Assembly: GCA_963775425.1 (NCBI GenBank)
Contig: CAVZJB010000016.1
Location: 1,184,001 to 1,248,000 of the forward strand
Length of the DNA stretch: 64,000 bases
Direction: 5' to 3'
Source of the DNA: an uncultured delta proteobacterium
Lineage (GTDB): Bacteria > Myxococcota > UBA727 > VGSZ01
Under the pieces are notes generated by a model. That model did no database searches. It was not told the origin of the DNA and worked only from the letters and a program-made list of their open reading frames with translations. Each line of letters starts with the position of its first letter. Position 1 is the stretch's first letter. Positions 62,500 through 64,000 of the stretch are shown piece after piece. The position numbers were made by a program, and so were the translations under genes.

Positions 62500-64000
62500 G
62501 GGCGCACCTCGCTGGTCTTTTCGGGCTTGATGCCGGCCCGTCGGAAGAAGTCCTTCAGCCACGCGTCGGGGACGTCGATGACGTCGCCCTTGAGGCCGAG
62601 CACCACGGGCTTGAAGCGCCGCGGGGCCTCGTCGTCGGGCGCTTCGACCCGCAGGTAATACGTCCCGCGTCTCAAGCGGTGGAACTGGTGGCAGCCGTCG
62701 CCGACGACGCTCTGGCCGTCGTCGAGGAGCGTGCACACCAGGGTGTCGGCGCCGGTCTGGAGGCCGATGCCCACCTCGCCGTCGGCCTGGAGGGTGAAGC
62801 GGAAGGTCCGCGCGTCGCCCGACGCCACCAAGGCCTCGGGGCCGACGCCGTCCTTCAGCGCGACGACGGGCTCGCTCTCGACGTGGACGTTGCCCGACAA
62901 CGGCGCACCACCGAAGGCGCGCACGACCACGCGGTGGGTGCCGCGCGGCAGCACCCGCACGAGATCGCACCCGCCGCCGAGCCCCTGCGACTGCACGATC
63001 TTCCCGCCCTCCACGAGGGCGCAGACGCCGCCCGTGGCGTGCACGTGAACCACGCGGGTCTCGGTGAGCACGATCTTCCGATCGACGACGTGGCCCGCCA
63101 ACGCGACGGCGGTCCCGAGCGGCGCCGCGCGCAAGGATGACGACGACGACACGGGCGGCAGCGCGCCGAAGCGGCCCGCCCAGAAGTCGCCGGCGGCGGC
63201 CGCGACGTCCTCCTCGTGAGGGGCGGCCCCGTGGGGCGCGCGGCTCGACGCCCGCGGCGCGGCGTACGTGAACACGCGCCACGCGCGCTTGTCGTGCTCC
63301 ACCTTGATCTCGGCGCCCTGCCCCGCCGGGAGCCGCGCGTGACAGCCGGCGACGTGGCCGCCGCCGTCCATGTGGATCGAGCACGCGAGCGCGCCCCAGC
63401 CCTCGACGTGGACGACGCGATCCACGGGCGCCGCGGCGAGCAGGAGTCGCGCGCGTCCGGGGAAGGGCGGCTTCACCTCGCGCAGGCCCACGAGCGCGCG
63501 CGGCGGCTCGGCGCCGTCGAGGACGAGCAGGTCCGCCCGCGCTTCGAACGGGCTCGCGTCGCCCGCGCCCCTCACGAGGACGAGGGAGCCGCCGCGGCCG
63601 CGCAACACGCACGTTGCGAGCGCGCCCGGTTTGTCGGCGACGGGCGCGCGGTGCGGGGCGCAGAGATCGCGCGCGCGGCCGGCGCCGTCGACGGAGACGG
63701 CCCAGGCGTCGGCGGGCAGCGCGAGCTTCACCCGGAACCCGGCGGCCGGCAGCGCGAAGCGCGCGCTCTCCCCTGCGAACGACAGCGTCGACGCGCCCGC
63801 CGCGAGCGGCGCCTCCGACGTCGGCCACGACGCCGCGCGGCGCGCGATGACGGCGTCGACGTGCGACCCCGGCGACGTCCACACCGAGAGCGTGCTCTCT
63901 TCGACGGGGCCGGTGGCGGCGGCGCACGTGGCGGCGTCGTGGGCGCCGGCGCCGCCGTCGATGGCGCAGGAGGGCGCGGCCGGGCTGCCGAACGGGACCT
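62496..64000 (-). CDS. Large hypothetical beta-rich protein (partial, runs off the window end), coupled to A2M
   Basis: Frame open to the window edge (>500 aa); beta-sandwich-like units with Cys pairs; GAGG before the ATGA overlap with A2M. Confidence 0.8.
   Translation of the reverse strand, partial: VPFGSPAAPSCAIDGGAGAHDAATCAAATGPVEESTLSVWTSPGSHVDAVIARRAASWPTSEAPLAAGASTLSFAGESARFALPAAGFRVKLALPADAWAVSVDGAGRARDLCAPHRAPVADKPGALATCVLRGRGGSLVLVRGAGDASPFEARADLLVLDGAEPPRALVGLREVKPPFPGRARLLLAAAPVDRVVHVEGWGALACSIHMDGGGHVAGCHARLPAGQGAEIKVEHDKRAWRVFTYAAPRASSRAPHGAAPHEEDVAAAAGDFWAGRFGALPPVSSSSSLRAAPLGTAVALAGHVVDRKIVLTETRVVHVHATGGVCALVEGGKIVQSQGLGGGCDLVRVLPRGTHRVVVRAFGGAPLSGNVHVESEPVVALKDGVGPEALVASGDARTFRFTLQADGEVGIGLQTGADTLVCTLLDDGQSVVGDGCHQFHRLRRGTYYLRVEAPDDEAPRRFKPVVLGLKGDVIDVPDAWLKDFFRRAGIKPEKTSEVRP

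Noticed and set aside
62500-63927. N-terminal extension of A2M to 2407 aa in the ORF track
   Set aside because: Arg-rich nonsense overlapping the real upstream gene in another frame; the signal peptide and RBS support ATG 62499.

Overview
High-GC (about 70%+ by eye) bacterial chromosome segment whose gene content points to Myxococcota or a related deltaproteobacterial lineage (CglD-like adhesin, Cys-rich lipoproteins, three Hanks-type kinases). About 45 CDS and one tRNA-Gln(UUG). Housekeeping genes include an RluA-family synthase, nth, mfd, a frameshifted mutS2, a MacAB-type ABC exporter, an acetylornithine-carbamoyltransferase-type arg operon (argF'-argG-argE-argB/argC-argH), and alpha-2-macroglobulin + pbpC. 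No integrase, transposase, prophage or CRISPR array is visible. Best candidates for undescribed biology: (1) a tightly coupled three-gene module encoding a HEAT-repeat/PilT fusion, a second PilT and a TPR-kinase, with no pilus genes nearby and complementary degeneration of the two ATPases; (2) an orphan lipidated EGSCG-repeat peptide resembling HvfA/bufferin RiPP precursors, with an ECF-type promoter; (3) a (Gly-Glu)n tether shared by three unrelated lipoproteins; (4) two convergent sigma54-type stress units next to an orphan globin-STAS sensor; (5) an 11x13-bp G5-tract tandem repeat. Three apparent single-base frameshifts, and possibly a fourth that creates the argB-argC fusion, suggest assembly indels may be present. 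All calls come from reading motifs; no database search was run.
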